Source of the DNA: Bdellovibrionota bacterium FG-1
GTDB lineage: Bacteria; Bdellovibrionota; UBA1018
DNA: 63,156 nucleotides
Direction of reading: 5' to 3'
Assembly: GCA_051382295.1 (NCBI GenBank)
Contig: JBBCAW010000085.1
Location: 1-63,156, forward strand
Shown here: positions 36,866-46,800 of the stretch, one piece after another
How positions within the stretch are numbered: position 1 is the stretch's first letter
Layout: the number at the start of each line of letters is the position of its first letter
Program-made: the position numbers and the translations under genes
The notes under the pieces: model-generated
The model's database searches: none
Seen by the model: only the letters and a program-made list of their open reading frames with translations
What the model was told of the DNA's origin: nothing

Positions 36866-39625
36866 ATGCAAGCTCCTCTTCTCGCCCTCGTTATTTTGGT
36901 GGCGGCATTGGCGGCTTCAGGGGGGGCGCAGGGTGCTCAGGGATCTCCAGGAGCGCAGCCTTCGACCATTGATCGTATCGAAGTCATTGGCGTGACTGTT
37001 TTTGGGCAGGCGGATATCGAAGAATCCATCGAAGTGGCGCCCGGCGATAAAGTCGATCGATCGAAGGTGGTCCGGACGGCGGAAAATTTACAAGAACTCT
37101 ATCATGTGCATGGCTATGAGCAGGTGAATATTAAGACCCGCTTTTTTCGGAAGAAAGGAGAGGATGGTTCTGAGGTTTCGGTGCTCGAGTTTGGCGTTGC
37201 CGAAGGGTTGCCCACGCGAGTTGCATCGGTACAGTTTGTGGCTGATAGTGGAAGAGACGAGGCGTTTAAAAAATATTGGAAATCCATCGAAGTCGACCTT
37301 CGTGCCCGATCTGCCGTGGCGCCCGGTGATATTTTTGATCAAGAAAAAATTTCCTCCGGAAAGCACGGCTTGCAAGATCTTTTGGCAAGCGAAGAATATA
37401 TTGGGGCCCAGGCGGATGACGTACGGGTGAATGATGCCCCACCTCCTGATCTTTTGGCAAAAAATAGCTCGGCGAAGGCTGGTCGTTGGGTTTCGGTGGA
37501 GTATCACGTCGATCTGGGGGATCGGGTGGTGTTTGGTTTTAGGGGAAATACCGTATTTCCCTTGGCTAGGCTCAACGCGCTCGTCGAAGAGCAGCGGGTG
37601 GTGGGCTTTGGCAAGGATTACGCCGGAGTGCTCCGAAGCCGTGTCGAGGATCTTTATCGGGCCGAGGGATTCGCGCAGGTTAAGGTAAATTCGTACGCCG
37701 TTGAAAAATCTGCCCGCCAGGAGAGACACGTGACTTTCGATATTGACGAAGGGGTGCGGGTCACGGTGGATTCGATTGAATTTGACGGGAATAGATTTTT
37801 TAGCAGTCCGGAGCTTTTGAGTCAGTTCTATTCCAGGGCTCCGGCGGCTGTGCAACATGGTTATTATGTTGAAAAGGAAATCCAAGGTGCGGCAGATCGA
37901 TTGATGGAATGGATCAAGTCCAGGGGGTATCTCTCGGCTAAGCTGGTTACAATCAGCTCGCTCCCTGGCGTGCAGCCTAAGCGGGCAGGGCATAAACCCG
38001 CCTCTTATCGGCTTGTGATTTATTTGTATGAGGGCGATCAAACTCGCGTGGGATCGGTACGGTTGACGGGAAGTACGGTATTTTCGAATGAAGAGATGCG
38101 AAAAATGCTGGGGGTTGAACTAGGTGAACCGCTCAATCTTTTTTCGTTTGGCGAGGGCTTGGAGACCGTCAAGGCCGCGTACCGGGCACGTGGGTATTTA
38201 TCGGCGAAGATTGCCAATGAGGGAAGCGACACGGTAGTGACCTACGGCGACGAAAATAGGCGGGCCGACATTTCTCTCGAGTTTTCGGAAGGGGTCCAAT
38301 ACAAGACGGGCCGAATTTATATCGATGGCCTGAGCTTCACCAAGGAAAAGGTGGTTCGTCGAGAGTTGTTGTTTAGGGAGGGCGAGGTTCTGAGTGAGAC
38401 CGCCGTGGCGGAAAGCGAGGCGGCGTTTCGACGCCTGGGGATTTTTTCGTCAGTGGCGGTTCGATTGGCCGATGATCCCAATCGACCGGAAGTGAAAGAT
38501 GTCCATATTGTTTTACAAGAGGGCACGCCCGGCTTGATTGCGGGGGGGCCGGGGTTCAGGAACGATTTTGGGCTGCGGCTTTTCGGTCAACTGGCTTATA
38601 CGAATTTATGGGGCTTGAATCATACCGTCTCCTTTTCAGTGAACGCGAATCATCGAATCGAAGATTTTAGGTTTGTTGAATATCAGGCACAGCTGGCGTA
38701 TTTGTACCCCTGGTTTTTGGACTATGACGTGAATTTTAGGCCGGCGTTTACGTTGACAGGCAACCAGTTTGTTAAGTTTGATGCAAATACGGCGAATGGG
38801 GCTTTGACGTGGGAAAAAAGTCTTTTGGCCCACCCCGCCGTGACTGGGGTGTTGACCTACAGTTTGGAACGGGTTCATCAGTACAACTCGCCTCGCGTGG
38901 GCGACTCGTTGGTCGGGGTGGATGATGGGCAGTTTTTGATCGGCTCGGTTATTCCCCAGTTGCGTTTCGATACGCGCGATCATCCTATGAGTCCTACGAC
39001 GGGTTGGTATGGGTCGCTGGGTATTGAATTAGCGGCACCGTGGCTGTTATCACAAGGGGTGACCTATCAGGCGGACGGAACCAGTAATCGAGACGGGATT
39101 GGTTATTATCGACTTCAGGGGAGATTGGATCGGTTGGTTTCCTTACCCGGGGGGATTATCTGGTATTTGAGTTATCGGGGCGGGTTTGAGCGAAATAATG
39201 AGGTCGATAGCGAGAATCCGGATGAAGCCAGTAGGATTCAGGGAAAAATCCCCTTGATCAAGCAGTTTGCGTTGGGGGGCGCAGGCAGTTTACGGGGATA
39301 TGGGGAGCAGGAACTGAATGTTCAGAATTTGGATATTATTGGAACGGCTTCGTACTCGAATTATCGAACGCAGATTGATTTTCCGGTGTCAGGGGCCCTG
39401 AGATTTGGACCGTTTATTGATGGGGCCAATTTGAAGGTCGATAACGCTGCGATTGGGATTTTTCTTTTTGATGAAATTCGATGGGGTGCCGGATTAGGAT
39501 TCCATTATCAGACACCGGTCGGGCCGATTAATTTTGACTGGGCCTATAAGTTGAATCCGGATCATAGTAAAGATGCGGAAAATCTGGATAGGTCACGGTT
39601 TTATTTTTCCATCGGAGTGATCTAA
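36866..39625 (+). CDS. Omp85-family outer-membrane protein (TamA/BamA) with multiple POTRA domains
   Basis: POTRA repeats (Y...GY), DTRD....PT.G, GG..SLRGY, TPVGP..D.A, terminal FSIG. Confidence 0.9.
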   Translation: MQAPLLALVILVAALAASGGAQGAQGSPGAQPSTIDRIEVIGVTVFGQADIEESIEVAPGDKVDRSKVVRTAENLQELYHVHGYEQVNIKTRFFRKKGEDGSEVSVLEFGVAEGLPTRVASVQFVADSGRDEAFKKYWKSIEVDLRARSAVAPGDIFDQEKISSGKHGLQDLLASEEYIGAQADDVRVNDAPPPDLLAKNSSAKAGRWVSVEYHVDLGDRVVFGFRGNTVFPLARLNALVEEQRVVGFGKDYAGVLRSRVEDLYRAEGFAQVKVNSYAVEKSARQERHVTFDIDEGVRVTVDSIEFDGNRFFSSPELLSQFYSRAPAAVQHGYYVEKEIQGAADRLMEWIKSRGYLSAKLVTISSLPGVQPKRAGHKPASYRLVIYLYEGDQTRVGSVRLTGSTVFSNEEMRKMLGVELGEPLNLFSFGEGLETVKAAYRARGYLSAKIANEGSDTVVTYGDENRRADISLEFSEGVQYKTGRIYIDGLSFTKEKVVRRELLFREGEVLSETAVAESEAAFRRLGIFSSVAVRLADDPNRPEVKDVHIVLQEGTPGLIAGGPGFRNDFGLRLFGQLAYTNLWGLNHTVSFSVNANHRIEDFRFVEYQAQLAYLYPWFLDYDVNFRPAFTLTGNQFVKFDANTANGALTWEKSLLAHPAVTGVLTYSLERVHQYNSPRVGDSLVGVDDGQFLIGSVIPQLRFDTRDHPMSPTTGWYGSLGIELAAPWLLSQGVTYQADGTSNRDGIGYYRLQGRLDRLVSLPGGIIWYLSYRGGFERNNEVDSENPDEASRIQGKIPLIKQFALGGAGSLRGYGEQELNVQNLDIIGTASYSNYRTQIDFPVSGALRFGPFIDGANLKVDNAAIGIFLFDEIRWGAGLGFHYQTPVGPINFDWAYKLNPDHSKDAENLDRSRFYFSIGVI

Positions 39626-39741
39626 TGGTAGACTATTTTACTCTTATTTTTTGGATGGATGGAATTTTTTGTCAGTTTTCGCAGTTCCCTCAAGAAAATC
39701 GCGTTGACTTCACCCCACGCCTCCTGTAATCCCAACCGTCT

Positions 39742-40257
39742 ATGTTGCAGCAGCAAAAGACTTATCAAGCAAAGCAGTTTGGCCCTCATATGTATGAGAC
39801 CACAGGACCTCATGCCCCGAAATGGTACGTTGTAGACGCCCAGGACCAAGTGGTCGGTCGTCTCGCAACGATTATCGCCCGGGTGCTTATAGGAAAGCAC
39901 AAGACCACCTTTACTCGTCATGCGGATACCGGCGATTTCGTCGTCGTTCTGAATGCTGATAAAGTGGTTTTTACCCGCAATAAGTGGGAAACCAAACTTT
40001 ATCGCAAGCACACGGGATTTGTTTCGGGTCTTAAGACCCGTACTGCTCGTCAGATGCTCCAACAGGATCCTCAAGAAATCCTGCGTGAGGCAGTTTGGGG
40101 CATGACTAATAAAACTAGTCTTGCTAATCATCAGATGAAGAAGTTGAAGCTCTATACTTCAGCTGAACATCCTCACCAGGCTCAGAATCCGCAGCCGCTT
40201 CCTTTGGTTGCGACCCGTCATACGGTGCTGACCCAAAGCAAAAAGAAGCCTGCGTAA
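39742..40257 (+). CDS. rplM: 50S ribosomal protein L13
   Basis: KWYVVDA...GRLA...L.GKHK..FT.H.DTGDFVVV.NA. Confidence 0.97.
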   Translation: MLQQQKTYQAKQFGPHMYETTGPHAPKWYVVDAQDQVVGRLATIIARVLIGKHKTTFTRHADTGDFVVVLNADKVVFTRNKWETKLYRKHTGFVSGLKTRTARQMLQQDPQEILREAVWGMTNKTSLANHQMKKLKLYTSAEHPHQAQNPQPLPLVATRHTVLTQSKKKPA

Positions 40258-40280
40258 GCAGCAGTTTTTAGGAGAATTAA

Positions 40281-40679
40281 ATGGAAAAACAGCTACACCA
40301 AGTCGGTAAGCGGAAAAATGCCATAGCGCGCGTTTATCTCCGTCAGCGTGCGGGTGAGACCGGTGTGATCCGGATCAACGACCGCTCTTTTGAAGAATAT
40401 TTCCCTCGTCCGACGGCTCGCATGTTGATCATGCAGCCGCTGGAGCTTACTGAAACCGTCGGTCGCTTTGACATTAAGATCAATGTCAAGGGTGGTGGTC
40501 TTTCAGGGCAGGCCGGTTCGGTTCGTCATGGAATCTCCCGGGCTCTTCTGGAGGTAGATCCTGCTTACCGCGGCGTTCTTAAGAAGGCCGGTTTCTTGAC
40601 TCGCGACTCCCGCGAAGTTGAGCGTAAGAAGTACGGCTTGGCTGGCGCTCGTCGTCGCTTTCAGTACTCGAAGCGTTAA
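40281..40679 (+). CDS. rpsI: 30S ribosomal protein S9
   Basis: GKRK.AIARV, GGG.SGQA...HGI.RAL, ERKK.GL..ARR..QYSKR. Confidence 0.98.
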   Translation: MEKQLHQVGKRKNAIARVYLRQRAGETGVIRINDRSFEEYFPRPTARMLIMQPLELTETVGRFDIKINVKGGGLSGQAGSVRHGISRALLEVDPAYRGVLKKAGFLTRDSREVERKKYGLAGARRRFQYSKR

Positions 40680-40702
40680 TTACGTTTTTTTTCAAAGAAT
40701 AT

Positions 40703-40737
40703 CAAAAGCCGTTCTCCTGCTTGGGGAACGGCTTTTG
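40703..40737. terminator. bidirectional intrinsic terminator
   Basis: CAAAAGCCGTTCTCC-TGCTT-GGGGAACGGCTTTTG between convergent genes. Confidence 0.85.
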
Positions 40738-40741
40738 TCGT

Positions 40742-41332
40742 TCACGCAGCGCGCTTTTCTTTCTCAAAAAGTGCTTCGGCTTCGGCGGCAAGCGTCATAA
40801 TCTCAAGGGTTCGGCCATATTCGTGTGCCGCCTTCATGTGTTCGGCTCGCAATAGTTGATTTTGCAACGACGATTGTTCGAGGACCGAAAGGTGATAGTG
40901 TGCCCGTTCCAGGTATTGTCTTACTTGTTCCGGGATTTGTTTGTGTCCGACGGGTGCCGCCAGGGTGCCGTCCAGTGAATTAATTAAATCAATGGTAGCC
41001 TCCAGAGGCTCTGGAATTGGAAATGCGTCCGTAGCCGGGCCCGTTAAAAAGGGTAAATCGGCAAAGTGGTATTCTAGGCAGGAGATCTTGGCTTCGGAGG
41101 ACAAAGCCCGGCCTAGATGTTTGGCTGTGCGAGCCCAACGTTCGGCAGATAGCCGGTCGCCCTGATGGTAGCGGGCGTAGGCTTGCCGATAAAAATGCAG
41201 CGGCGCTTTTGGATCCACCCCTTTAATGTGTCGATTCTGCCAAAAATAGCCCACTGAGCTTTCGATAATGACACTGTAGGCTTTGCGAATTTCAAATTCA
41301 GCATTTTCAGGCCCATGACTTCCCGATGCCAT
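40742..41332 (-). CDS. hypothetical helical protein
   Basis: ORF 40742-41371; ATG 41332 is the likely start. Confidence 0.65.
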   Translation of the reverse strand: MASGSHGPENAEFEIRKAYSVIIESSVGYFWQNRHIKGVDPKAPLHFYRQAYARYHQGDRLSAERWARTAKHLGRALSSEAKISCLEYHFADLPFLTGPATDAFPIPEPLEATIDLINSLDGTLAAPVGHKQIPEQVRQYLERAHYHLSVLEQSSLQNQLLRAEHMKAAHEYGRTLEIMTLAAEAEALFEKEKRAA

Positions 41333-41440
41333 GTCTTTGAGGTCTCCTGGTGCTTGCTTTTGCAAAACCAAGACCGAATTCTGGCCACTCGTGCGAAATT
41401 TAACGGGAAAATATAAATATTTTGTTTCATAATGTAAGAA

Positions 41441-42736
41441 ATGATTTGGACCACGTACAAAGAAAAGATTAAGCGAATCTCAACGCGCATCGTTGACGCG
41501 CAAAAGCCGATTCGCATCCTGGAAGCCATTAAGTGGGATCCTTCGATTGAAATAGAGTTACGTAAAAGTCGTTTCAAGCAAATGCCTAAGATCGGCCCCG
41601 AGCATTACGAAAAGACCTCTTCCCTCGATTTTGACGCCTATAAAAAAATTGAAGAGCTGAAATCCATTATTACCGACATCGACCTGCTTTTGGGCGAGGG
41701 TGATTCGTTAGGTAACCTTCTCAAGAAAATTACCCATGAGTACATCGTCGTGGTCGAAATGCTGCTGGCCCGTGGGACCAAAGAATTCTGGATCAAGAGT
41801 AAACAACTCTATGGTTCACCTAAAGATTTACTGATTGATGACAAAAACACGATTCGCGGTTTGGGGCAGATGCTTTATGAAATCCTCAGCGGGTTTGAAA
41901 ATCACAATATCGGCCCCGATTACCCCGAAGTCGTGGACGCCGAAGAAGCCGTACATATCCTCAATTCGCGGTTCAAAAAGTACTTCCCTCAACATGGGGT
42001 GGAGGCGCGTCTGAGCGACGGAATTTTGGCGGACGCCGCTGCGGGTGGGGATGTGGTCAAGGTCAAAGAAGGTACGACTTTTTCACAACGGGAAATCGAT
42101 ATTTTGGAGGTCCACGAAGGGTGGGTCCATGTAGGAACCACCCAGAATGGCCAAAACCAACATGTGGCGCGTTGGCTATCCAAGGGGCCACCGCGCGTTG
42201 CGGCCACTCAAGAGGGGCTCGCCGTGATTATGGAGATCTTTACGTTTCGGTCTTATCCAAAACGCGCCAGGATCATCAATGATCGTATTCTCGGGATTGA
42301 TAAGGCGGAAGATGGCGCCAACCTTATTGAACTTATTGAATTTTATAGAACTGAGGGCTACTCTGAAGAAGACTGTCTTTCTAGCGCAAAGCGAGTTTTT
42401 CGGGGAGGCGTGATTGAAGGTGGCGCACCCTTTACGAAAGATATCGCTTACTGCAAGGGGTTTGTCGAAAATTACAACTTCATGCGGGCGGCTATTCGTC
42501 TGGGAAAGCCGTATCTGATACCGTTTTTGTTTGTGGGCAAAATTCATGTGGATGATATTCCACTTCTTTATCAGAAATATAAAGAAGGGGTGGTCGATCC
42601 ACCGCTTCATCTGCCGGCTCAGTTCAGGGATCTGAATGGGGTAGCGGTATGGATGAGCTTTTCGAGCTTTTTGAATGCTGTGGATTTAAAGCGGATCCAG
42701 GAACATTATGATAAGCTGTTCAAAACTTACCTTTAG
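41441..42736 (+). CDS. QEGLA-motif protein (DUF1704/MATCAP-like metallocarboxypeptidase)
   Basis: HEGWVH (HExxxH), TQEGLA, RVFRG, FTKD..Y..G. Confidence 0.9.
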   Translation: MIWTTYKEKIKRISTRIVDAQKPIRILEAIKWDPSIEIELRKSRFKQMPKIGPEHYEKTSSLDFDAYKKIEELKSIITDIDLLLGEGDSLGNLLKKITHEYIVVVEMLLARGTKEFWIKSKQLYGSPKDLLIDDKNTIRGLGQMLYEILSGFENHNIGPDYPEVVDAEEAVHILNSRFKKYFPQHGVEARLSDGILADAAAGGDVVKVKEGTTFSQREIDILEVHEGWVHVGTTQNGQNQHVARWLSKGPPRVAATQEGLAVIMEIFTFRSYPKRARIINDRILGIDKAEDGANLIELIEFYRTEGYSEEDCLSSAKRVFRGGVIEGGAPFTKDIAYCKGFVENYNFMRAAIRLGKPYLIPFLFVGKIHVDDIPLLYQKYKEGVVDPPLHLPAQFRDLNGVAVWMSFSSFLNAVDLKRIQEHYDKLFKTYL

Positions 42737-42758
42737 GAAAAGGACTCTGGGAGACTTC

Positions 42759-43607
42759 ATGGAAAATAACCTGAAAAATACGACGAGTTTTGGCGTTAGA
42801 ATTCAAGTGGCGACTTTGTTGGCGGCCGTTCTTATGGTCAGCGGAGGGGCGCACGCGGTTGATTTAGCCAAGGTGAATGGCAAGGTGATCACCGAAAAGG
42901 ATATTCAGAACGCGCTGAGTGGCTTGAACGAAGGCCAGCGGAAAAATGTTTTGAAAGACACGAATTCTCGCCGCCAAGTTTTGGCTAATGTGATTGATCA
43001 GGAAATATTGGTCCAGGAAGGCGAGAAAGAGAAGCTGGACCAAGATCAGGATTATAAAGATGCCCTCAATGGGTTTAGGCGCCAGTATCTGGCCTCCAAG
43101 GTTTTGCAAAAGAACCTTGGCCCTAAAGTGACGGATAGCGCTGCCAAAAAGTTTTACGAAACCCATCAGCTTCGCTACAGCACCGAACAGGTCCACGCGT
43201 TGCATATTTTGGTCAAAGAAGAAGCGCAGGCTCGTGATCTATTCACGAAGGCCAAGGCGATGAATCCTGAAGATTTTCAGGCGCTAGCCGAGAAGGTTTC
43301 GGTGGATCCCTCAGCGAAAAATAACCGGGGTGACCTGGGATTCTTTGGGCGGGATCGTATGGTGCCAGAATTTGCGAACGCGGCTTTTTCAGGCTCTGAG
43401 GGTGAGGTCGTGGGCCCTGTGAAAACGGCTTTTGGCTATCACGTGATTAAGATTTTGACCAAGCGCTCAGGCAAGCCGGTGCAATATGATGAGGTCGAGC
43501 TTCGGGTTAAAAATGACCTGCGCAATGATTTGACCCAGGGCTATGTGGGAAATCTGAAAAAACAGGCAAAAGTTGAAGTAGACGATAAGGCTGTCGATAA
43601 GCTCTGA
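42759..43607 (+). CDS. PpiC/parvulin-type peptidyl-prolyl isomerase, periplasmic
   Basis: Signal peptide, HILV, F..LA...S.D, GDLGFF....MV.EF..AAF, PVKT.FGYHVIK. Confidence 0.93.
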   Translation: MENNLKNTTSFGVRIQVATLLAAVLMVSGGAHAVDLAKVNGKVITEKDIQNALSGLNEGQRKNVLKDTNSRRQVLANVIDQEILVQEGEKEKLDQDQDYKDALNGFRRQYLASKVLQKNLGPKVTDSAAKKFYETHQLRYSTEQVHALHILVKEEAQARDLFTKAKAMNPEDFQALAEKVSVDPSAKNNRGDLGFFGRDRMVPEFANAAFSGSEGEVVGPVKTAFGYHVIKILTKRSGKPVQYDEVELRVKNDLRNDLTQGYVGNLKKQAKVEVDDKAVDKL

Positions 43608-45271
43608 TGTTCTTTTTCTTTATCCTGGTCGCGGCTTTGACCGTGATCTTTCCGGTCGTCGTTTTTCCGGAAATTTACAATCGGGACTGGGCGTATTTCG
43701 AGAGTTTGAGCTTGCTGGTGCGTTCCAGTGTTCTCAAATATCACGTTTTTCCGCTACACGACCCTTGGTGTGGCGGGGGCACTAGTCTTTTAGCTAATCC
43801 GCAGACTCGTCTTTTCTCGCCCATGGGCCTGATGGACCTATTGTTTCCGCCGTACTGGGCCAATCTGAGCGGGCTGGTGATTTACGCCGCCTTGGGTTGT
43901 CTTGGGATGTATCGGTTGCTTCGGTATTTAGCGATCTCGCGGGAAACGGCGATCGTGGCCGCCACTTTGTTCATTAATGGCAGCTGGTTTGGCCTTCACT
44001 TTGCCGAAGGCCATATCACCTTTGGGACGATGCAGTTGTTGCCGTGGGTTTTGCTTTTTTTCCTGCGGATCGAGAAACCTCGTTATTTGCTCGCTCTGAC
44101 GGCGTTGCTTTCGTATTTTTTGCTCGACGGCTCGATCTACACGTTTATTTTTGCAAAGTTGATGATGTTGAGTTGTCTGGTTTTTGGGGTAAAAAGCTGG
44201 CGTGACCTTTGGCGTGGCTTAACTCAAAAGCCGATTTTTACGGCCCTTTGTGTTTTAGGGGCCTTGTTGGCGGTGGCTCCCAAGGTCGTCCCCGTCTATC
44301 TCGAGTTTCGCGATCGCCTGCCCTGGCGGGATAATTACGCCCTCCCTTTTCGCTATTTGATGATGAGTTTTTTTTGGCCGGCCCAACGGATCATTTTTGG
44401 CACTAAGGGAACACCTTTTGGCTTTCATGAATTTGGGTGTTATTTGGGGCTTTTACTTTTCCCCTGGGTATGTTGGTCGCTGGCGCGTGATTCGGTGTTT
44501 CGAAAGGCTTCGGTTCGGCTCCTGTTAGTCGCTTTTTTTTGGCTTTGGGTGGGGGCAGGTTGGTGGGTTGAATATAATCCCTGGAATTTGTTTCAACGGA
44601 TTCCGTTGATCAATAATGCTCATGTTCAAAGTCGTTTTTTGCTTCTGATGTTTTTTTTCTATATGCTGGTGGCCGCTCGCGCATTGGATCGTCTCCATTG
44701 GCACAATCGTAAACTGATGGCGTTTTTTTGCATTCTTCTGGTTGAGTCTGTGGTGGTTCGTAATTTTCCTTTTGAAATCTATTTGGGCTACGAAATCAAG
44801 ACAGTCGTTAACCGCTTAATGGACCACACGACTCTGGATGAGACCAAGGAAAACATTCCGAAGCCTTACGTTTACATGACGCATAATAAAGCCACTCGGG
44901 CTTGTTATGAGCCGGCGATTTTGCCTGTGAGGGTTATTGCGAGTTCAGATCCGCGCTACCGTGGCGAAATTTATTTAGCGCAAGGGCAGGGGAGTGCCCA
45001 AATTGAGTCGTACATTCCTGGGCAATTGGTGGTAAAGGCAAGTGGGCCCGAGTCTAAAGTTGCTGTTATTAATACGAGTGATTTAGGACATTGGAAGCCG
45101 GCTTTAGATGGGAGCCTCATTTTGTCGAAACGGGGGGAGTTATTGAGAGTGGCTATTCCTCCAGGGGAGGTCAGCGTGAAGCTTCAGTTTCATCCTCGTT
45201 ATTTTGAATGGCTCATAGGGTCCTGGTTGGCGGGCTGGGGAATATTTTTGGCGCTTTTTATGTTTGCGTAG
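43607..45271 (+). CDS. polytopic membrane protein, YfhO-like / GT-C fold
   Basis: P..DPW..GG..L.ANPQ...FSP, multiple TMs, C-terminal periplasmic beta domain plus TM. Confidence 0.65.
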   Translation: MFFFFILVAALTVIFPVVVFPEIYNRDWAYFESLSLLVRSSVLKYHVFPLHDPWCGGGTSLLANPQTRLFSPMGLMDLLFPPYWANLSGLVIYAALGCLGMYRLLRYLAISRETAIVAATLFINGSWFGLHFAEGHITFGTMQLLPWVLLFFLRIEKPRYLLALTALLSYFLLDGSIYTFIFAKLMMLSCLVFGVKSWRDLWRGLTQKPIFTALCVLGALLAVAPKVVPVYLEFRDRLPWRDNYALPFRYLMMSFFWPAQRIIFGTKGTPFGFHEFGCYLGLLLFPWVCWSLARDSVFRKASVRLLLVAFFWLWVGAGWWVEYNPWNLFQRIPLINNAHVQSRFLLLMFFFYMLVAARALDRLHWHNRKLMAFFCILLVESVVVRNFPFEIYLGYEIKTVVNRLMDHTTLDETKENIPKPYVYMTHNKATRACYEPAILPVRVIASSDPRYRGEIYLAQGQGSAQIESYIPGQLVVKASGPESKVAVINTSDLGHWKPALDGSLILSKRGELLRVAIPPGEVSVKLQFHPRYFEWLIGSWLAGWGIFLALFMFA

Positions 45272-45279
45272 GTTGGGGT

Positions 45280-46791
45280 ATGGAAACAGCAAAGAGAAGT
45301 CTTTTTTCATGGTCTTGGACCCGTGCCTGCATTCTTACTTTGCTTTTAGGTCTCGGCCTAAGACTGAGTACGGCCCTTTTACATCTGGATATTGTCCATC
45401 CGGATGAACATTTCCAGACTCTTGAGCCCGCTGCGCATGCAGTTTATGGGTTCGGTTGGATGGCTTGGGAGTGGCAAGCAGGAACGCGGTCCTGGCTTAT
45501 TCCTGGGCTTTACATGCCCCTTCTTTATTTCTTTAAACTCCTGGGAATTCAAGGCGGACCGCTTACGATTCAGGCTTGTCGAGTCCTCATGGCCTTAGCG
45601 AGCGCTTGGACCTTAGTTCGCTTCTGGGCGCTGCTTAAAAGGGCTGGGTTAAGCTTGTTTGGTGAGTGGGTCGGTTTAGCTATTTTTTCGCTTTCTCCCG
45701 CGATGGTTGCTTGGGGGGCAACGACGTTGAGTGACAACTGGGCGCTGATCTTTCTTTGGGGCGCGATGCCTTCGCTTTGGGATCTGATGCAAAAGCCTCG
45801 CGCGCGAAGTTGGATTTTCGCTGGAATCCTTCTTGGATTTAGTTTTTTAGCACGAATCCAAACGGTTTCGTGGGCTTTCGCGGTTGGGCTGGTGGTCTTT
45901 TTTTGGATGCCCTCAAAACGTCGATTTTTAGGGTGGGCGATTCTGGGTTATTCCTTCGTCATCTTATTTCAGGGTATTCTCGATCTTTTCACTTGGGGGC
46001 AATTTCTGCACAGTCCGATCGCAAACATCCAAAAAAACTGGGTCGAGAAGGTTCAGGTTATTTTTGGAGTCTCCCCTTGGTATTCCTATTTTAGAATGGT
46101 GCCTGATAACCTAGGGTATTTTTTGTGTCTCTCCATCCTGATGGCACTTGGGCTCCTTGGGGTGGTTACCCTCCGAGACCGACTTAGGGGACGTATTTCG
46201 ATCGAATCGCCCCTTCCCGCTCCAGGCTTTTGGCCTTTTATTTTACTTCCTGCGGGAGGGTTTCTTCTATTTCATATTCTCATGCCTCACAAAGAAACTC
46301 GGTTTTTGCTCCCGATCTATCCCGTGGGTTTTCTGGTGATCGCCTGGGGTCTAGATTTTCTACTCACCCGAGCTTCAATAAGTTTCCGTTACGCAAATAA
46401 AATTGCCTTGGTTTTGACTGTTATCGGTAGTTTTTTTTCCGCCACTCATGTTTACACGTCCGATCATTACTACCTTTTTGACCTAGCTGAACTCGCTCAG
46501 CGAATGTACGCCGAAGTTGAAAAAACCCAGACTCCCACCCCATGTCTTCTGCTGGTGGATCATTACTGGGCGTGGACGCATGGTGAACTCATGCAAGGAC
46601 GTCCTTTCCGGTATGTCGAGGTCAGTTCCTTTAAGAAAATTCCGCCGATTTCTCGGGCTACGTGCGGATACGCGATGATGACCGCCGCAGCTGAGGCGCG
46701 ATTTGTCGCCCAAGCCGGACCTCAATGGGTTTTGCTCGCTCGAGACTCTGAGGGTAAGCCCCTCTATAAAAATAGCGGGATTAACAAATAA
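45280..46791 (+). CDS. GT22 (PIG-B/Alg9-like) membrane mannosyltransferase
   Basis: HPDEHFQTLEPA..V.G.G...WEW..G.RS and HKETRFL.P motifs; multiple TMs. Confidence 0.85.
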   Translation: METAKRSLFSWSWTRACILTLLLGLGLRLSTALLHLDIVHPDEHFQTLEPAAHAVYGFGWMAWEWQAGTRSWLIPGLYMPLLYFFKLLGIQGGPLTIQACRVLMALASAWTLVRFWALLKRAGLSLFGEWVGLAIFSLSPAMVAWGATTLSDNWALIFLWGAMPSLWDLMQKPRARSWIFAGILLGFSFLARIQTVSWAFAVGLVVFFWMPSKRRFLGWAILGYSFVILFQGILDLFTWGQFLHSPIANIQKNWVEKVQVIFGVSPWYSYFRMVPDNLGYFLCLSILMALGLLGVVTLRDRLRGRISIESPLPAPGFWPFILLPAGGFLLFHILMPHKETRFLLPIYPVGFLVIAWGLDFLLTRASISFRYANKIALVLTVIGSFFSATHVYTSDHYYLFDLAELAQRMYAEVEKTQTPTPCLLLVDHYWAWTHGELMQGRPFRYVEVSSFKKIPPISRATCGYAMMTAAAEARFVAQAGPQWVLLARDSEGKPLYKNSGINK

Positions 46792-46800
46792 TGGGAAACA

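Noticed and set aside
37088..38041. Long antisense ORFs (also 27289-27942, 30731-31339, 51218-51889, 58962-59564)
   Set aside because: They are shadows of well-conserved genes on the other strand, with no motifs or translation signals.
41441..46791. A complete bacterial GPI-anchoring system (peptidase + PIG-B)
   Set aside because: The QEGLA peptidase has no signal peptide and is unrelated to the GPI transamidase, and no other PIG homologues are present.
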